From positions 1-64,000 of IMG/VR virus record IMGVR_UViG_3300033388_005265: a DNA stretch of 64,000 nucleotides, one strand, 5' to 3'. The position numbers were made by a program, and so were the translations under genes. Numbering within the stretch: position 1 is the first letter of the stretch; each line of letters begins with the position of its first letter. The notes under the pieces are model-generated. The model made no database searches. It had not been told where the DNA came from and saw only the letters and a program-made list of their open reading frames with translations. Below are positions 1-9,441 of this stretch, in pieces. Source of the stretch: a virus.

Positions 1-2
1 GT

Positions 3-263
3 AGTTCAAGCATAACAGAATTAGATTCTGATTACCCGTTAGATTTAACAACAGCAACAGTTCAGGACTGGATAGATAATTCATCTAATAATCATGGAAT
101 TGTATTAGAAAGGGCTTCAGGAATAACTGCCGGGACAGCAATGAGATCAAGCGAAGCAACATCTGGTAATAAACCATATTTCTATATGGAATATACAATA
201 TTACCTAAGAACATAAGATACATGAAACAAAGCGATAGAAATATTTTAAACAGAAGATTCTAA
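3..263 (+). CDS. DNRLRE/CBM96-like domain protein, C-terminal part (runs off window start)
   Basis: Hand translation of frame 3: ...VQDWIDNSSNNHGIVLE...MRSSEATSGNKPYFYMEY..., same PYFYMEY ending as 663..1271 and 1268..1873. Confidence 0.6.
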   Translation, partial: SSSITELDSDYPLDLTTATVQDWIDNSSNNHGIVLERASGITAGTAMRSSEATSGNKPYFYMEYTILPKNIRYMKQSDRNILNRRF

Positions 264-269
264 TGAGAT

Positions 270-662
270 ATGAAAGGATCATTTCCAAAAATATATTTGA
301 ACAATGGAGTTTGTCAAGCAGGATCCCCAGCTAAAAGGAGCTCTATAGTGCCTAGTATTACACATAAATCAAAAGCTGCTGAGCTAAAAGATAAGCAAGA
401 AGAAAAGATGCTTGAGATGGCTAAGGCTATTGCTAAAGAAATGGCGGGCGAGATTATTAAAAACATGCCTACACAACAGGTAATAGTATCTCCAGACAGC
501 ATTACTGCTACACAGAACAGTGATGCAATAGAGATGGAGTCAAGCTTCATAGATCCTTCAGAGTCAGAGAACTTCTCTGTTAACCTAGACAATATAGAGT
601 CCACATCTGGTGAAAGTATTCAAGACAAACTTAAGAAGCTTAAGAAGTTAAAGGGCAATTAA
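270..662 (+). CDS. hypothetical protein
   Basis: 130-aa ORF tightly packed between co-oriented neighbours; acidic middle, basic C-terminus. Confidence 0.6.
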   Translation: MKGSFPKIYLNNGVCQAGSPAKRSSIVPSITHKSKAAELKDKQEEKMLEMAKAIAKEMAGEIIKNMPTQQVIVSPDSITATQNSDAIEMESSFIDPSESENFSVNLDNIESTSGESIQDKLKKLKKLKGN

Positions 663-1271
663 ATGAACGTAACAATAGAGGACGGAGTAGGTGACGGAGT
701 TATCATAGATACATTTATGGATTCATTATCTCCAGCAGGTAACTACGGGAGCAATTCTAGGATAAATCTAGGTAATAGCGGTGCACAAAGAATACTGATA
801 GGAGTTGACTTGACAGGTTATGCAGGAGCTACAGTAACCGCATCAAAATTTTCTATTCATGTAAACTTTAAGACCGGTGCTTTGACTAATGTAAATTGGT
901 ACAGAGTTAAACGTAATGACTGGGAAGAAGCACAAGCAACACACAATAACTATAAGACAGGAACACCTTGGACTACTGCTGGTTGTGATAATACGACTGA
1001 TGATAGGGAAAGCACACCTCAAAATCCTTCACCTGAAACGTGGGGTGATTTCTCTTATCGTGATGTTGATTGCTTGCCAGTTTCGGTAGGAATGGATACA
1101 GGTAACATGTTTTCTATTGTAATAGTAGACACTACATCTACAACTAGGCAAGAGTTAACATCAAATGAAGAGACAGCAAATAACCCTTATTTTTACATGG
1201 AATACATTATTGATGTTGTAACAGGCTTCTGGTATCACAATAAGTTTATTCACACTAAGGATAAGCTATGA
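663..1271 (+). CDS. DNRLRE/CBM96-like domain protein (possible virion-surface carbohydrate-binding)
   Basis: DTFMDSLSPAGNYGS, WEEAQATHNN, TSNEETANNPYFYMEY match the D-x-x-I...NYG / W-E-x-x-A-T-W / S-x-E...P-x-L pattern of DNRLRE domains. Confidence 0.6.
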   Translation: MNVTIEDGVGDGVIIDTFMDSLSPAGNYGSNSRINLGNSGAQRILIGVDLTGYAGATVTASKFSIHVNFKTGALTNVNWYRVKRNDWEEAQATHNNYKTGTPWTTAGCDNTTDDRESTPQNPSPETWGDFSYRDVDCLPVSVGMDTGNMFSIVIVDTTSTTRQELTSNEETANNPYFYMEYIIDVVTGFWYHNKFIHTKDKL

Positions 1272-1873
1272 ACGTAACAATTGAGAATGGAATCGCTGGC
1301 GGAGTAATTGAAGATACTTCTTTATTATCAGACAATGATACTGTTAACTATGGTAGTAACACTCGTATTCTGCTTGGGTATAGTGGCGTTAGGGTTGGCT
1401 TAATAAAAGTTGACCTATCATCTTATTCAGCAATAATTACAGGAGTAGAGTCAGCCTATTTCGGTTTCAATGTTACAGAGTTTAGTGATAGTGATACCGT
1501 TGATAGCTATGAAGTTATAAGGCCTTGGGAAGAATACCAAGCTACTTGGAGGCTAGCTCAAACAATCGACGGATGGGGTACATGGGGATGTAAGAACACG
1601 ACTACAGATAGGAAAGCTGTAGCAGATAACTCAGTATTAATAACTTCTCTTGGTTCAGATCAGAAAGTAGTTGTTAGTAATTCATTGGCTTACCAATGGG
1701 CAACCGGTATCAATGAAGGTCTTTTTATGGAGCTTGTAGGTGCAGAGGTTATCTCTCTTAGCTCAGCACAGCATGCTACTGAGCCAGCTTATTTTTACAT
1801 GGAATACACTATTCCTGATACATATCTTGTAAAGGGTTCATGGACACTAGGTAGATTCATTCACACTAAGTAG
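1268..1873 (+). CDS. DNRLRE/CBM96-like domain protein, paralog of 663..1271
   Basis: MNVTIENG start, DTSLLSDNDTVNYGS, WEEYQATW, GCKNTTTDR, EPAYFYMEY; colinear with previous ORF. Confidence 0.6.
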   Translation: MNVTIENGIAGGVIEDTSLLSDNDTVNYGSNTRILLGYSGVRVGLIKVDLSSYSAIITGVESAYFGFNVTEFSDSDTVDSYEVIRPWEEYQATWRLAQTIDGWGTWGCKNTTTDRKAVADNSVLITSLGSDQKVVVSNSLAYQWATGINEGLFMELVGAEVISLSSAQHATEPAYFYMEYTIPDTYLVKGSWTLGRFIHTK

Positions 1874-1928
1874 GGCTTCCACTTTACTTACTCTATGTTA
1901 TAATATAGGAAAAACATAGGAGAAGTAA

Positions 1929-2183
1929 ATGGATAAGTATAAGAGGTATAAGAAGCGCATATCTACAAGGATTACAGAAGAGATGCTTTTGCATCTGCTT
2001 GGCTTGAATCCACACAACTTTTCACTGGCATCAGTCAAACACGACATTAGGAGTGGGGCTATTGACATATATATAGATGGAGATGGTTTTCCACAGTCAG
2101 TTGAAGGGCAAGAGATTCCAATTAAAAATTTAGATTTCCTTCAAGAGGAAATTGAAAAGAATAAGGAAGACACTCGTGGCTAA
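1929..2183 (+). CDS. hypothetical protein
   Basis: AGGAG RBS and TGTTATAAT extended -10-like element upstream. Confidence 0.6.
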   Translation: MDKYKRYKKRISTRITEEMLLHLLGLNPHNFSLASVKHDIRSGAIDIYIDGDGFPQSVEGQEIPIKNLDFLQEEIEKNKEDTRG

Positions 2184-2772
2184 GGTAGTTGGCATATACT
2201 CTATCAGAAACACTGTAAATAGCAAGGTATATATTGGACAAAGTGTAGATGTTGCAAGTAGATTTATTCGTCATAGGTATCATCTTAAGAAGAATGTACA
2301 CCCAAATATTCATTTGCAGAGAAGCTACAATAAGTACGGTGCAGACTGTTTTGAATTTAATATAATAGAAGAGTGTGATGCTGGTACACTATGCGAAAAA
2401 GAACAATGTTGGATAGATTACAATAAGGACTTAGCATATAATATCAATACGAACATAGAAGACTTGAGTGGATCAAATAATCCATTCTTTGGTAAGAAGC
2501 ATTCTGAGAAAACTAAGCTGAAAATGTCTAGCAATAGGATTGGAAAGTATAAAGAGGAAGAAAACCCAAATTATGGGAACAAAAACAACAAAGAGACTAG
2601 AAAGAATATGGCTACTAACAGGATGAAAAAACTAACAATTGAAAACGTCAGAGAAATAAGAGAGCTACTGACACAAAAGATTAGTCATTCGCGTATTGCA
2701 GCTAAGTTTAACGTTAATCGCAGCATAGTCACAAGAATAAACAGTGGCACTAGATATGCCTTAATAAGCTAA
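2152..2772 (+). CDS. GIY-YIG homing endonuclease with NUMOD3 repeats and C-terminal HTH
   Basis: GIYSIRNTVNSKVYIGQS; NPFFGKKHSEKTKLKMS and NPNYGNKNNKETRKNM; SHSRIAAKFNVNRSIVTRI. Confidence 0.9.
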   Translation: MKRIRKTLVAKVVGIYSIRNTVNSKVYIGQSVDVASRFIRHRYHLKKNVHPNIHLQRSYNKYGADCFEFNIIEECDAGTLCEKEQCWIDYNKDLAYNINTNIEDLSGSNNPFFGKKHSEKTKLKMSSNRIGKYKEEENPNYGNKNNKETRKNMATNRMKKLTIENVREIRELLTQKISHSRIAAKFNVNRSIVTRINSGTRYALIS

Positions 2773-2784
2773 AGGAGAATAGTT

Positions 2785-3771
2785 GTGGCAGGAAAAGGTT
2801 TGGATATTGGGACGGGATTTATCGTTGGAAGTAAAATAGATAAGGATGGCAATACAAAATTTACAAGTGTGCGGGATTCCTTTTTTGAAATAGAAGACAA
2901 TCCCTTCAGGCAGAAGATGCTTAAGCAGGTTAAAGCAAACTTCCTGGCTAAGGATGGTAAGCTTATAGTAATAGGAGATGAAGCAGTTGAATTCGCTAAC
3001 ATGTTCAATGAGAACGCTCAGCGCCCAATGAGTAAGGGTGTAATCTCTCCTAAAGAAAAAGAAGCCTTCCCGGTTATAAAAATTATTATTGAAAAGGCCA
3101 TAGGTAAGGCCAAAAACAAAGAGAAATGTTACTACTCTATACCTGCTTCACCAGTAGATGAGAACTTTGATATCATATACCATGAGAATGTCTTTAATAA
3201 GATACTTGTTGACCTAGGATATGAGCCTCAATCTCTAAATGAAGCTGAGGCGATTGCATACTCTGAGCTACTTGACGATAACCTTACAGGCATCTCTATT
3301 AGTTGTGGTGCTGGTATGATTAACATATCTGTTGGCATCATGGGTGTACAAGCGGTTCAGTTCTCTATAGCTAGATCAGGAGACTGGATAGATCAGAGCG
3401 TTGCTACTGCACTTAACCTAACAGCAAGCAAAGTACAGACAGAAAAGGAAAAAGGTGTCGATCTCTTAGCGCCAGATGGAAAAGTCCAGGAAGCTATCTC
3501 AATTTACTATGGCAACCTAATAGACTATATTCTCAAGAACATTGGCTCAAGACTATCTAAGTCTGATGACCTTCCAAGCTTTAAAAACCCTGTACCAATC
3601 GTAGTTTCAGGAGGTACATCGTTAGCTGGTAACTTTATAGGCAAGTTCAGAGAGTCCTTGGAGAAGCATCCTCTCCCTATTGAGATATCTGAGGTTAAGC
3701 ACGCTAGTGAACCGCTATCAGCTGTTGCTAATGGACTCTTAATCTGTGCATCGCTAGCAGAAGAAGACTAA
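2785..3771 (+). CDS. actin-superfamily ATPase (MreB/MamK/Salactin-like)
   Basis: Phosphate-1 GLDIGT, phosphate-2 ISCGAGMIN, adenosine VVSGGTS, connect motif LNEAEAIAY; GTG start after AAGGAG. Confidence 0.85.
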   Translation: MAGKGLDIGTGFIVGSKIDKDGNTKFTSVRDSFFEIEDNPFRQKMLKQVKANFLAKDGKLIVIGDEAVEFANMFNENAQRPMSKGVISPKEKEAFPVIKIIIEKAIGKAKNKEKCYYSIPASPVDENFDIIYHENVFNKILVDLGYEPQSLNEAEAIAYSELLDDNLTGISISCGAGMINISVGIMGVQAVQFSIARSGDWIDQSVATALNLTASKVQTEKEKGVDLLAPDGKVQEAISIYYGNLIDYILKNIGSRLSKSDDLPSFKNPVPIVVSGGTSLAGNFIGKFRESLEKHPLPIEISEVKHASEPLSAVANGLLICASLAEED

Positions 3772-3796
3772 AACACAATTAAATATTTTTAAAATC

Positions 3797-3823
3797 GGGG
3801 GTCATTTTTTGATCCCCTTTTTT
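3797..3823 (+). terminator. intrinsic terminator after the actin gene
   Basis: GGGGGTCA-TTTTT-TGATCCCC stem (one G-T pair) followed by a T run. Confidence 0.7.
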
Positions 3824-3899
3824 ATCACTAATTTAGGGTATTCAAACAAATTTTCTATAGTATAATACATATATAAAACAAAACAAAGGAGTAGTAGTA

Positions 3900-4124
3900 A
3901 TGACAAAGAAAGCAAGCAGCACGATAGATGTAAAGGCTATCGAAGACAAGATTAAGACGCACATACAGAACGTTGAGGACATGAAAGGTGAATATAGAGC
4001 CAACTACGAGAAGATAAAGGACATAGAGAAGTCCATCACAGTAGAAGCAGGAGCAATAGCTGCACTAAGGTCTCTTATAATCGTATCAGAGCCACCAGCT
4101 AAGAACGATGGAGGTGACAAGTAA
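3900..4124 (+). CDS. small coiled-coil protein
   Basis: AAGGAG RBS, heptad-like pattern. Confidence 0.6.
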   Translation: MTKKASSTIDVKAIEDKIKTHIQNVEDMKGEYRANYEKIKDIEKSITVEAGAIAALRSLIIVSEPPAKNDGGDK

Positions 4125-4318
4125 TGGCACTTACAACTGACCAGAGACTAGACGCTCTAGAAGCAGCAGTTACTCAGCTGCAAACAGTTATCCCTAATCT
4201 TGCTAGCAAGAAACAACTACAACAACTAAGCTTACTTAAGCAGAAAGAAGTTGACGACCTTGGAGACAGGGTTACACAGCTTGAAGCTACCGTTAAGCTT
4301 ATACAAGACTCACTATAA
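4124..4318 (+). CDS. small coiled-coil protein
   Basis: TAATG overlap with previous ORF; leucine heptads. Confidence 0.6.
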   Translation: MALTTDQRLDALEAAVTQLQTVIPNLASKKQLQQLSLLKQKEVDDLGDRVTQLEATVKLIQDSL

Positions 4319-4327
4319 GGAGGCCTG

Positions 4328-5206
4328 ATGAATTTAGAAAAGCTTATTGATGACCATTTGCTTAGAAAGTCATCGTTAACTGGCTATAGAAACAGAGGAA
4401 ACATGTATCCCTCGGCGGCTTCAGTTGAGTACATGCATACTGGTTATGGCGAGAAGGTAATTAAGGGAGCGTGCCTTCGAGCGACATACTATCGTTGCAA
4501 AGGTTACGAACCAGAACCATTTAATGCTAGGACCATGTATACGTTTGCTTGTGGAAATATAGTTGAAGACTGGTTCACAGAGCAGTGTAAGCAAGCAGGG
4601 ATCTGGCTAGACAATTCAGTTAAGTTTTTTAATGATGATATTAAGCTTAGTGGCGAAATAGACATATTAATAAAAGAGCCAGAAACTGACGATCTTGTTA
4701 TAGTCGAACTCAAGACAACTGCCGGTTATTACAGCTGGAAGGAGATTTCGGGCAACAAAAGTACTAAAGGAAAGGCTAAGCCTGCGCACCTTCTTCAGTT
4801 GATGCTTTATCTTTATGAGTACCGTGCACAAGTCAAGAAAGGAGTGCTATTTTATATCAACCTAGAGAACAAGCAAAAAAAGCAATTCGTAATAGAGCTA
4901 CACGCAGAAGATGGTAAGCATTTCCCAATCATAGATGGAAAGTTATACAAGAACTTCTCTGTTCAGGATATTCATGCTAGATATAAAGAAGTCCAAGGAC
5001 ATATAGATAGGAACGAATTGCCTAAATGTGACTTTGTTAAAGTGTTTACTCCAGAGCAAGTGGAGTTACAGCATACACGTGGTGAAATAGCTAAGACCAA
5101 GTATGAGAACTATAAAAGAAACAGTGTAAAGTATCCAATCGGAAATTGGGAATGCCAATATTGCAACTATAGAGAGTACTGTGAGAAAGATGATGCAGGC
5201 TGTTAA
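4328..5206 (+). CDS. Cas4-like PD-(D/E)XK exonuclease with Fe-S cysteines
   Basis: CLRATYY; SGEIDIL, IVELKT; QLMLY (QxxxY); C-terminal CQYCNYREYC. Confidence 0.8.
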   Translation: MNLEKLIDDHLLRKSSLTGYRNRGNMYPSAASVEYMHTGYGEKVIKGACLRATYYRCKGYEPEPFNARTMYTFACGNIVEDWFTEQCKQAGIWLDNSVKFFNDDIKLSGEIDILIKEPETDDLVIVELKTTAGYYSWKEISGNKSTKGKAKPAHLLQLMLYLYEYRAQVKKGVLFYINLENKQKKQFVIELHAEDGKHFPIIDGKLYKNFSVQDIHARYKEVQGHIDRNELPKCDFVKVFTPEQVELQHTRGEIAKTKYENYKRNSVKYPIGNWECQYCNYREYCEKDDAGC

Positions 5207-5780
5207 AATATGTGACAAAGGGAATGATTGTGTTCATCCTAAAGGGCCTGAACTTATATTAAGTGAGTTCTATAAGCGTAAAGATGCGCATGATGATTAT
5301 CGAAACAGCTGTAAGGAGTGCTACAAACTAAAATCTAATGTATATTACAGCGAAAATAAAGAGAAGAAGGCGTCTTGGGTCAAAATTTGGCGACAGAATA
5401 ACCCAGATAGTGTGGCAGCACATTTAAAGCGCTATTATGACAACAATAGAGAACTGTTAAGAGCTAGAGATAATGCGTATGCCAAGAATAATCCTGGCAA
5501 GATGAGCGCTAAAAGTGCCAAGCGTCATGCTGCTAAGCTTCAAAGAACTCCAACTTGGGCTGACTTAGAGACAATCAAACAAATCTATATGGATTGCGAA
5601 GAAATAAACTTAGCTGCTAAAACAGCAGGCTGCAGTGAAACTTTTGTGGTTGATCACGAGATACCGTTGCAAGGCTATAATGTTTCTGGCCTCCACATAG
5701 AGAGCAACTTGCAGATCATTACTCAGAAAGCTAATTGCGAAAAGAGCAACTCTTTTAATCCGGCGAAATACAATGTCTAA
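5181..5780 (+). CDS. HNH-type homing endonuclease (genome-expanded family)
   Basis: N-terminal Cys finger; KRHAAKLQRTPTWADL; VDHEIPLQG...GLHIESNLQIITQKANCEKSN. Confidence 0.85.
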   Translation: MRKMMQAVKICDKGNDCVHPKGPELILSEFYKRKDAHDDYRNSCKECYKLKSNVYYSENKEKKASWVKIWRQNNPDSVAAHLKRYYDNNRELLRARDNAYAKNNPGKMSAKSAKRHAAKLQRTPTWADLETIKQIYMDCEEINLAAKTAGCSETFVVDHEIPLQGYNVSGLHIESNLQIITQKANCEKSNSFNPAKYNV

Positions 5781-6540
5781 AAGGGATTACTCGTTAGAGG
5801 AAATAGACGTAATAGTTGCTACATATCAGTCAGGGTCTCCCCAAGCAAAAGGGGAGGCCTTGAGTCTGCTAATAGATATCTTCGAGTTCTATTTTTTAAA
5901 ATATGTGAAGCTCACTAAGGGTAATGCTGAGACTACTTACGATAACAAGGAAGCTCAAGAGTTCTTGAGGTTATTCGTTAGTAAGAAGGATGGTCGTGGC
6001 AAAAGCTTTGTAGAGGTCAAAAGAAACATAGCTGCAACACTGTCATCGTACGACCATCAAGACATGTACAATGAATTCGTAGCATTATTCATAACTTTGG
6101 TTGACAAGTATCAGAAGCGCGACGGAGTCAATTTTATGCGTTATGTAACGCGCTACTTTCGTTGGCACGTGAGAAATTGGATTGTTAGAATATCGCGGGA
6201 TCCTTTATTCCATATTTCAGAACCAGATGAGAATCATGAGAAGGACATAGATCCTCCAATGGACTCTAAGAATAAGTTCTTCGAGGAACAGAGTAGGAAG
6301 ATAGGAGTAATGCTCGATAGTGATAAGGTCCATCCAGATCAAGCATCTCTTAAGTGGGTATTTCAGTGTGATAAGTGGGTATTCTCCCATCTCTCTCCAT
6401 ATCAAAGGTACTTATTGTATTTATATTTCGTTAAAGGTGAAGGGTGCGTTAATATAGCAAGACGAATGCATAAGAGTAAAGATACTATATCATCACACAT
6501 GGAAAAAATATACATTAAACTAGGCATATTAAATAGGTAA
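5773..6540 (+). CDS. phage sigma-70-family sigma factor
   Basis: Region-2-like DMYNEFVALFITLVDKY...FMRYVTRYFRWHVRNWI; region-4 HTH LSPYQRYLLYLYFVKGEGCVNIARRMHKSKDTISSHMEK. Confidence 0.75.
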   Translation: MSKRDYSLEEIDVIVATYQSGSPQAKGEALSLLIDIFEFYFLKYVKLTKGNAETTYDNKEAQEFLRLFVSKKDGRGKSFVEVKRNIAATLSSYDHQDMYNEFVALFITLVDKYQKRDGVNFMRYVTRYFRWHVRNWIVRISRDPLFHISEPDENHEKDIDPPMDSKNKFFEEQSRKIGVMLDSDKVHPDQASLKWVFQCDKWVFSHLSPYQRYLLYLYFVKGEGCVNIARRMHKSKDTISSHMEKIYIKLGILNR

Positions 6541-6557
6541 ATTGTTTAATATTAAGC

Positions 6558-7124
6558 ATGGAAGTTATAACTAAAAAATGTAGTGGACCTTGTAAAGAGG
6601 TTAAAGCTTTAGAGCTGTTTGGTAATAATAAAAGATTCAAAGATGGTAAGCAGAAGCAGTGTAAAAAATGTAAAGCATATCTTGAGATAACTCGTACTGC
6701 TAGGCAAACAGATGAGTGGAAGTCTAAGAATATAGAATACAAGAAACAATATTATACTGAAAATAAAGACAAAATAAAAGCTAAATCCAAAGCGTACAGA
6801 GAGTCAAATACAGAGTTTCTTAAGGCATATCATAAGCAGTATAGTAGAAACAATAAGGGCAAAATCAATGCTATATGCGCAAAAAGACATGCAGCAAAAA
6901 TGCAACGGAATGCTGGCTGGGCAGACAACTGGAAGATAGAGCAGTTTTATATTGTTGCCAGAAAACTTACAAAGCTATATGGTATCGAATTTCACGTTGA
7001 TCACGTTATGCCTCTGCAAGGAGAACTAGTATCTGGTCTACATGTAGAGACTAATTTACAGATAATCACTGCTAAAGAAAATCACATTAAGAGCAATAGT
7101 TTTGTTCCAGGATATTGGGTATGA
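6558..7124 (+). CDS. HNH-type homing endonuclease
   Basis: CSGPC...CKKC; KRHAAKMQRNAGWAD; HVDHVMPLQGELVSGLHVETNLQII. Confidence 0.85.
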   Translation: MEVITKKCSGPCKEVKALELFGNNKRFKDGKQKQCKKCKAYLEITRTARQTDEWKSKNIEYKKQYYTENKDKIKAKSKAYRESNTEFLKAYHKQYSRNNKGKINAICAKRHAAKMQRNAGWADNWKIEQFYIVARKLTKLYGIEFHVDHVMPLQGELVSGLHVETNLQIITAKENHIKSNSFVPGYWV

Positions 7125-7507
7125 AAGAAATCTTCAGACTAGAAATAGAGTTAGTCCCACCATCACTCAATGACATGTACTCAGGTCAGCATTGGACAAA
7201 AAGAAAGAAATCCAAGGATATTTGGAGGAGGTATCTTGCAGCCATTCAAAAAGACATCCCTAAGTTTAAAGAGTTTCCAATAGCCATTGAAGCAGTAGTA
7301 TACAGAAAGGATAATCGTAGGCGTGATCCGGATAATGCTGTCGTAGCTGTGAAATTGTTTAACGATTCGTTAGTTTCTATGGGAAAAATTCCAGATGATA
7401 GTACCAAGTATATAAAATGGATCAAATGCTCCATAGTAGGTGGAGCACAAAAAGACTATACAGATATGATAGTTTACAAAGTTGCAGATGAATTTAAACT
7501 AACTTAA
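7115..7507 (+). CDS. rusA: RusA-like Holliday junction resolvase
   Basis: PPSLN, RRRDPDN, K-x-x-x-D-x-L...IPDDS pattern. Confidence 0.75.
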   Translation: MGMKEIFRLEIELVPPSLNDMYSGQHWTKRKKSKDIWRRYLAAIQKDIPKFKEFPIAIEAVVYRKDNRRRDPDNAVVAVKLFNDSLVSMGKIPDDSTKYIKWIKCSIVGGAQKDYTDMIVYKVADEFKLT

Positions 7508-8067
7508 TCGGAGGAATCTTTATTTTGCTTTATCTTTTTGAAATACTCTTTACTTTTTTTATACTGTTTTCTACGCCATTCTCTCGCCTTTTCCTTCTGG
7601 ACCTGCGTCATAGCATTACTTTGCTTTTTAAGCGCCTTCACGGGCCTCTCAGGCACCTTTAAAGTATTGCTCTGCTCTATTACCAGATCAACTAGAGCGT
7701 CTACATCCAACTCCTCATCATATCTAACCATAAAGTAAGTCCATCCCGCTTCCTCGGCGGCATCCTTTTTCTCTTTATCTCTTCTTAGTTGATCTTGAAA
7801 AGCAGTATCACTCTTATGAAAGAAAGGGATCATTTTGAAATGTTGTTGTCCGTGTATTTCAATGCACACCTTTAAGTCAGGTATGCACCAGTCAAACATG
7901 TGAGCGTTGTTTTTATAGTCAGGATTGACTCTTGAGACGGGATACTCTTGGTATGCTTTGTAATGCTTAAGAAGCCGATGAGATCGTAAAATCTCACCGG
8001 CAGCCTTATGTAGCTTGCTAGCATTCTTACTGTATTGATGTTTAAATCTACTGCTCTTTGCCATCAA
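7504..8067 (-). CDS. DUF559/Vsr-like PD-(D/E)XK endonuclease
   Basis: FDWCIPDLKVCIEIHGQQHF...RDKEK...GWTYFMV. Confidence 0.75.
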   Translation of the reverse strand: MMAKSSRFKHQYSKNASKLHKAAGEILRSHRLLKHYKAYQEYPVSRVNPDYKNNAHMFDWCIPDLKVCIEIHGQQHFKMIPFFHKSDTAFQDQLRRDKEKKDAAEEAGWTYFMVRYDEELDVDALVDLVIEQSNTLKVPERPVKALKKQSNAMTQVQKEKAREWRRKQYKKSKEYFKKIKQNKDSSD

Positions 8068-8314
8068 ACTCTCTTAGGTTTTGTATAAAGGTTGCCTGGG
8101 ATACTCTCTTGACTGGTGGAGGAGGAATGACTGCATCTTCTGTCATCTCTTGCTCCCACTCTGAGACTTTATCTGATAGATCCATTGAGGCTGAGAATGC
8201 TGTTTCTTTTGCAGCCCGCCTTATTAATCTTTCAAACTCTTTCATCTTAAACCCGTCTTCATCTTCCATCATCTTTAAGTACTCCTTATCAGATACCTTA
8301 CCCTTTATCTTCAC
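8048..8314 (-). CDS. hypothetical protein
   Basis: Overlaps neighbours in the - strand operon. Confidence 0.5.
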   Translation of the reverse strand: MKIKGKVSDKEYLKMMEDEDGFKMKEFERLIRRAAKETAFSASMDLSDKVSEWEQEMTEDAVIPPPPVKRVSQATFIQNLREFDGKEQ

Positions 8315-8642
8315 CTTTCTTTTCCTTTTCTTTTTTCTCTACTGTCTTGGTCTCAGTCTTCTTGGGAGCTTCCTTTTGAACCTCAATAAGAGCGTCATAC
8401 ATACTGTCATAGTCTTTTCTTACTGAGTCCTGTGTTGACATGTGAACCTTAGGTAGTAAAAACTCACCACACTTAGGGCAACTATACAAGATAAACTTGT
8501 CAGATATTGGTTGCAGTGGTTGTCCCATAGCTACCAGTTGATCTCCGTTATACCTAGCTACAACTACCTCACTAAGCCAGTTGTTACCACACTTACATTT
8601 CATAGCTCTAGAGTTCTGCTTGAAGCGTTCGTTCATATCCAT
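8298..8642 (-). CDS. zinc-ribbon protein
   Basis: CKCG...CPKCG. Confidence 0.6.
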   Translation of the reverse strand: MDMNERFKQNSRAMKCKCGNNWLSEVVVARYNGDQLVAMGQPLQPISDKFILYSCPKCGEFLLPKVHMSTQDSVRKDYDSMYDALIEVQKEAPKKTETKTVEKKEKEKKGEDKG

Positions 8643-8865
8643 CTATTCCTATCTCCTCTTCATGTTTGTTTATGACCCTATCCATATTAGATACGGTTCT
8701 TTTGTAGTCTTTTGTCCATTTGTCGGACGGTATGTCATTTAGGTGTTGCTGCATTGCTTCTCGCAATGCTATTATACTCTCAATAGAGAGCGATACTTTA
8801 TATCTTTTACTTCTCGTCTTCAAGTTCTTTAGCATCTTCCTCCTCAAATTCTCCTTCTTTTGCAA
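8608..8865 (-). CDS. hypothetical protein (true start probably internal)
   Basis: Fills the gap in the operon. Confidence 0.45.
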   Translation of the reverse strand: MQKKENLRRKMLKNLKTRSKRYKVSLSIESIIALREAMQQHLNDIPSDKWTKDYKRTVSNMDRVINKHEEEIGIDGYERTLQAEL

Positions 8866-8995
8866 GTCTCATTGTGAATTCTATTTCGCTTTCTTTTTTA
8901 CCTCTCTTCTTTTTCTTCTTGATAAACTCAGGCTGAGTATCTTCATCCTCTAGCTTGGCAATCAATACTCCTTTCTTATTTTTTATCTTTAGCAT
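8807..8995 (-). CDS. small charged hypothetical protein
   Basis: AGGAG RBS; overlaps stop of dCMP deaminase. Confidence 0.5.
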   Translation of the reverse strand: MLKIKNKKGVLIAKLEDEDTQPEFIKKKKKRGKKESEIEFTMRLAKEGEFEEEDAKELEDEK

Positions 8996-9441
8996 CCTAG
9001 TTTCTCCTTTTTAATCAGGCGTACCTGTACTTCTGCTTCCTTAAACATCTGATCAGAGACGTCAAAGCTATCTTTCCATCTTTCTTCTTGCTCTTTAGTT
9101 GGCTTGGGAGCTATAACTCTCTTTATCCCTGCCTGTATGATGGTGGCAGTGCAGTTTGCACACGAAGGTAAAGGCCACACATATATGCTACATCCTTCTA
9201 GGTCCTGCTTAGCAAACATGATAGCATTTGCTTCTGCATGTATAGTTCTTTGAAGCTTCATGTCTCTGTTCTCGTAGAGCTCAGGACTATCATTAACATT
9301 AGTTGGAAAGCCGTTATATCCTATGCTGACGATACGGTTCTTACTGTCTGCTATTACACAGCCAACCTTAGTAGATGGATCTTTGCTCCACCCGGATACA
9401 TGCTTAGCTAATTCCATGAATCTCTTGTCCCACTTGTTCAT
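8989..9441 (-). CDS. dCMP deaminase
   Basis: SKDPSTKVG, GYNGFP, HAEANA, PSCANC zinc motifs. Confidence 0.92.
   Translation of the reverse strand: MNKWDKRFMELAKHVSGWSKDPSTKVGCVIADSKNRIVSIGYNGFPTNVNDSPELYENRDMKLQRTIHAEANAIMFAKQDLEGCSIYVWPLPSCANCTATIIQAGIKRVIAPKPTKEQEERWKDSFDVSDQMFKEAEVQVRLIKKEKLGC

Noticed and set aside
4328-5206. CRISPR-Cas locus around the Cas4-like gene
   Set aside because: No repeat-spacer array or other cas genes were seen; solo Cas4-like nucleases are common in phages
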